In this document: one piece after another, positions 63,481 through 64,000 of the stretch
Position numbering within the stretch: position 1 is the stretch's first letter
Layout of the letters: the number at the start of each line of letters is the position of its first letter
Assembly: GCA_963797975.1 (NCBI GenBank)
Contig: CAWCRH010000006.1
Location: 10,754-74,753, forward strand
Length of the DNA stretch: 64,000 nt
Direction of reading: 5' to 3'
Source: an uncultured Thermoplasmata archaeon
Lineage (GTDB): Archaea; Thermoplasmatota; Thermoplasmata; Lutacidiplasmatales; UBA184
The notes under the pieces: model-generated
Told to the model about the DNA's origin: nothing
What the model saw: only the letters and a program-made list of their open reading frames with translations
The model's database searches: none
Translations under genes and position numbers: made by a program

Positions 63481-64000
63481 GGCGAGCGCGACCGTTACGA
63501 CGCCCGTCGATGTGTACCGGTTCGACCCGGCCCGGGACCGGGCCCCGCGGTACGAGCGGTTCACCCTGGAACTCGAACCGCACACCCCCGTGCTGACCGC
63601 CCTCCTAAAGATCCGCTACGAGAAAGACCCGTCCCTCGCGCTGCGCTACTCCTGCCGCGCCGCCATCTGCGGCTCCTGCGCGATGCAGATCAACTCGAAG
63701 AGCCGGCTCGCGTGCCAGACGCAGGTCGGACCTGAACTGGCCGAGCACGGTCGCGTGGTCGTCGAGCCGATGCGAAACCAGCCCGTGCTCCGCGACCTGG
63801 TCGTCGACCAGAGCCCGTTCTGGCAGGAGTACGACCGCATCGAGCCGTTCCTGAAGCTCGACCCCCGTCACCCGATGCCCGAAGGTCGACCAAACTCGAT
63901 GAGCCCGGCGGAGGTCGAACGTTTCTACGAGACCCCTCGCTGTATCGCGTGCGCCGCCTGCTATTCAGCGTGCCCCGCCGTGGAAAGCGACCCGGCGTTC
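63481..64000 (+). CDS. sdhB: succinate dehydrogenase iron-sulfur subunit (partial, runs off the window end)
   Basis: [2Fe-2S] motif CRAAICGSCAM and the start of a CxxCxxC [4Fe-4S] motif (CIACAAC). Confidence 0.85.

Overview
This window is a GC-rich stretch of archaeal chromosome, roughly two-thirds G+C by eye, and almost entirely coding. Archaeal hallmarks include an unsplit rpoB with split rpoA1/rpoA2 in the order rpoH-rpoB-rpoA1-rpoA2-rpl30e-nusA, plus aCPSF1, RtcB, primase PriL, Fap7, a Dph6-like ligase, proteasome beta subunit, archaeal-type ribC and ribL, and a split-type mcmA and guaA-B. Unsplit RpoB and a 16S gene with no adjacent 23S suggest a Thermoplasmatota-like or TACK-like lineage; this is inference only. 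From the start of the window, the main blocks are: rpe; a four-gene Opp/Dpp-type ABC importer with no binding-protein gene nearby; Fap7, a CDP-alcohol phosphatidyltransferase, PriL, an S2P protease and RtcB; a cluster of small membrane and Zn-ribbon ORFs; and a biotin-enzyme cluster (BCCP, an OadA/PycB-like 5S carboxyltransferase, a PccB-like 12S carboxyltransferase, BirA) that resembles methylmalonyl-CoA:pyruvate transcarboxylase. These are followed by a pstSCAB phosphate importer; sulfate activation genes cysH-sat-cysC; riboflavin genes ribB-ribL-ribC-ribH; and a stand-alone 16S rRNA gene on the minus strand. Further along come a HAD hydrolase, the RNA polymerase operon, and an accessory island (an IS element with a frameshifted DDE transposase next to a very large membrane-anchored sedolisin/repeat surface-protein locus). 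The window ends with purS-purL, a Dph6-like ligase, a methyltransferase, mcmA, folC, nth, an MFS transporter, alaS, purE, guaA-B, aCPSF1, psmB and sdhAB (sdhB runs off the end). A striking global feature is the number of conserved genes broken by single-nucleotide frameshifts, mostly +1 insertions: rpoA1 twice, alaS, pstA, the 5S carboxyltransferase, the sedolisin two or three times, and the IS transposase. Because this includes essential genes, these are most likely sequencing, assembly or introduced errors rather than true pseudogenes, and I annotate them as frameshifted CDS. The most interesting candidates for novelty are the surface-protein locus, the transcarboxylase-like cluster and the small Zn-ribbon/membrane-protein trio.
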